Of a stretch of DNA of 64,000 nt, positions 61,701-64,000 are shown in pieces. The position numbers were made by a program, and so were the translations under genes. The notes beneath the pieces are model-generated. The model worked only from the letters and a program-made list of their open reading frames with translations, had not been told where the DNA came from and made no database searches. The first letter of the stretch is position 1. Each line of letters opens with the position of its first letter. This DNA is from Squalus acanthias (Eukaryota), in assembly GCA_030390025.1 (NCBI GenBank), contig CM059446.1, forward strand, positions 14,942,001-15,006,000, read 5' to 3'.

Positions 61701-63953
61701 CCAGCAAGGCTGAAAAATGTGGCTCAACACTATTAGCAATGTGGCTGCTGCAGTTGGCACAGTGCCCCAGAAGCCAGTGCATTGTGAAACTAGTCCATAT
61801 ACTTAGCAGCATAAATTTAATTTCCCTCCTTCCCACCTTGGGTTAGCCAATTTGAGCTGTTAAGTAAATGCAAGTAAGTGACTATGTGAATTGAACTGGA
61901 AACCTAAATGCCTTTTTACCCAAACATAGCATGCAAAGGCACGAGCTCAGCAGTTCGTACACATGCTCAACAACCAACATCAACTTACCAACACAAACAA
62001 GACACTGTTGTTTAGTAACCCTTACTGTAGCAAGGCTATAAAGTTAGTGTTCTTTGAACAAAACAATGAGCATATTATGAGTCTGAAACAGCATATCCTA
62101 ATTTTTTTTTAAAACTTATTCAAGATTCATTTCACAATCAAGAGGCATTAGAAACTGGCCTGTTAATCTCATGCACACATATGTTTTCTCACTTTTACTC
62201 CACGATTTAGCTCAAACATGGAAAATGAGCTTTCTGGAGACTAAGGGTGCGATCTTGCCAGCCCTGGGGAGGCAGGTATGGAGGCGGGACTGCCAGGAAA
62301 ATGGCAGAATTTGGGGGCGGGTGCCCAACCCGCCCCCAAGCCATCTTGCCAGGAGGCGGGTAGCCGACCCACGCTGGGTCCCGTCTCCTTGGAGGCGGGA
62401 AGGGGATTACAGCCACTTAACTGCCTGTTAACAGGTAGTTAACAGGCAGTTAAGAGGATTATCCCCATTTTGCCCACACAAGTGCGGGCTTCCCGAAGAC
62501 TGCGAACCCCGCCAGGGTCACCGACGCGAGCAGTGGGTCTGCGGGGGTCGGAGGGGTGCAAAAGTGCGCTGTGAAGGTAAGTCATGGGTGCAAGTGTGGA
62601 GAGGTGAGTATGTGAGGTAAGTGGAAAGTGTTAGAAAAAGTTTACTTACCTTGGTTTCTTCCTGCAGGCTTCAAGAGTTGGGTATGCGGAGAGTCTCGCA
62701 TCTCACCGGCAGAGATGACAGATGGCTGTTGCATTCTCCAATGCAACAACCATCTAATTTCTGCAAAAGAAAGAGGTTTGATAAGTCTTGAATTCAAGAA
62801 CTCACCAAACAACAGAGAATGTCAGTGTTTGACAGCTTCACAGAGCTGTCAAACGATGACAATTCATCTGTCAAAAATTTTTGACAGATGAAACGTCATA
62901 CGCTGATGTTCTCTGTAACCGGCTTTCCCTTAATTGGCCTGCTAAGCCCGCTGGGCGGGCTTAACAAGGTCAATCAAGGGAAAATAGCGTGGGTTGGCCA
63001 CAAATCGATGGAGGCGGAACATCAACCCGACAAGCAGCAGACACGCCTCCAACGCGCCCCCATTGGCAAAATCGCCCCCTAAACTTTAAAGCCCACCTTT
63101 ACTTCAATATAGCTGCAGCGCTAACTGCTGGCATATTGTGTAAGGGAGGGAAAATTGCACCATTTAATGACTGTTTTTGTGCTAGTAGCTGCCAGTAAAG
63201 GTATTTGTCCAAGTTAAAAGTTTTGCCACTGTACCAGCTCCAAAACTGAGCCTAGTACGTCACGAAGTTTTAAAAAAAACCACTTTACTTCCTCAATTAC
63301 AAACAATTGTTTATTATTTTACTACTTTAAGTCGAAGGAAAATGGAAAGGTACTTGGTAATGTACATTTTATGTTCACAAATTAAGTAGCATCGTAACAA
63401 GATTCAGGCAGAGGACAAATGTCCCACACATTTGAACCTAATGTATATCGAGAACCCAAAAAGATTTGGAGAGTATTTATTTGGTTGCCACAAGGGTGAG
63501 TCATAAACTTGCCATACCCTTATCCCAGGTGCACAGCAGTAAACAGCATTACGATCATGATCCTCAGCACAAACACCAAACAAAACAAACACCGTATTTT
63601 GATCCTTCTGACTGACAGGGCCAATAAAAAGCTAATCATCCCAGTGCACCGACGAACATTTCATGGTTGTGTAAAAAGTTACCAGAAATATACATAAATT
63701 CGAAGTCATTCATTTGGTGGGGTTAACATTCCACTTCACGCTGCAAATCACACCACAGTGCTGTAGACTGCACTTAGCATCAGTATTTTAATGCACTACT
63801 TATCACTCAGTAAGTTTTAAAGTATAAAATTAGGAATGATTCCTTCCAGTTAAACAATTTTAAGCACTAACAAAACTTGTGATTTACTCACTTGTTTACA
63901 AGCTTCTGCCTTCTCTTCCATTTCCTTCCACGCTTTCAACATCTTCTCAGAAG
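49746..63953 (-). CDS. CHUK: IKK-alpha, 3' part (scaffold/dimerization domain and NEMO-binding domain); gene continues beyond the window end
   Basis: join complement(63892-63953,61075-61184,59392-59441,56779-56878,52974-53121,51337-51470,50769-50868,49746-49793). SEKMLKAWKEMEEKA, SPYARRQGDVMENLEQKAIDLY, DSTEMVKIIVQTVQNQDRVLKEL, KQKIIDLFPK, QKEIWYLLKIAC and LDWSWL match vertebrate IKK-alpha. Confidence 0.95.
50769..50868 (-). CDS. CHUK: CHUK exon
   Basis: ESSLSVIEENQNFCSQLHTLMQETLLEQNNSMS; ttccag / gtaagc. Confidence 0.92.
51337..51470 (-). CDS. CHUK: CHUK exon (divergent Ser/Pro-rich linker)
   Basis: STARGPESASPESSGSPHGLGWVQQGQTFMPQNALPNPLSSMKN; tttcag / gtagga; 134 nt keeps phase with both neighbours. 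Confidence 0.85.
52974..53121 (-). CDS. CHUK: CHUK exon
   Basis: KLLACKQKIIDLFPKIEQALDNIRENEKMLLRSQEKRQKEIWYLLKIAC; ttacag / gtaagt. Confidence 0.95.
53462..53943 (-). mobile_element. HER1-like (CR1-group) LINE 3' end
   Basis: SFIVAGSKSCNSLPNSTVGVPSPHGLQRFKKVAHHHLLKGS plus a short 3' UTR ending catcccatgaa. Confidence 0.8.
54920..55543 (+). mobile_element. HER1-like (CR1-group) LINE 3' end
   Basis: VRSVMEYSPLA...SFIVAGSKSWNSLPNSTVGVPSPHGLQRFKAAAHHHLLKGN; gaatgaatt tail. Confidence 0.8.
56779..56878 (-). CDS. CHUK: CHUK exon
   Basis: DSHQYGDSTEMVKIIVQTVQNQDRVLKELYAHLS; tttaag / gtatga. Confidence 0.95.
57066..57254. repeat. 37-bp inverted repeat (MITE-like hairpin)
   Basis: 57066-57102 vs rc of 57218-57254, 4 transition mismatches. 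Confidence 0.8.
59392..59441 (-). CDS. CHUK: CHUK exon
   Basis: EQKAIDLYRKLKGKSK; ttctag / gtattg. Confidence 0.93.
61075..61184 (-). CDS. CHUK: CHUK exon
   Basis: AAEIGHLEEQIVGLHSEIVELQRSPYARRQGDVMENL; tttaag / gtaaga. Confidence 0.95.
62245..63079. mobile_element. Non-autonomous PIF/Harbinger DNA transposon
   Basis: 15-bp TIRs GGGTGCGATCTTGCC vs rc GGGGGCGATTTTGCC; TAA TSD at 62242-62244 and 63080-63082. Confidence 0.8.
63892..63953 (-). CDS. CHUK: CHUK exon
   Basis: SEKMLKAWKEMEEKAEACKQ; tctcag / gtgagt. Confidence 0.93.
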
Positions 63954-64000
63954 CTGAGAATAAAAATGTACTTTAATTTCAAACTCAAAATTAAAAGATC

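Overview
Vertebrate genomic DNA, most likely a cartilaginous fish (inferred from CR1/HER1-like LINEs, Deu-domain and HE1-like SINEs, and abundant Penelope-like elements). Two spliced minus-strand genes were reconstructed by hand from GT-AG boundaries. ERLIN1 is complete: 11 coding exons, 1074 nt, 357 aa, plus a non-coding first exon in a CpG-rich promoter at ~36.1 kb. CHUK/IKK-alpha is represented by its last 8 exons, ending in the NEMO-binding LDWSWL motif. The CHUK-ERLIN1 arrangement matches human. The rest is intron or intergenic DNA full of transposon fragments. The most notable structure is a family of Penelope-like retroelements (PLEs) carrying minimal type I hammerhead ribozyme (HHR) motifs. 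It comprises one ~2.85 kb RT + GIY-YIG copy and two tiny HHR-only insertions with 14-bp TSDs inside ERLIN1 introns, sense to the gene. One of these has a 60-bp inverted duplication that starts at the predicted self-cleavage palindrome. A second PLE family shows similar inverted-terminus architecture. Most entries in the ORF track are spurious.
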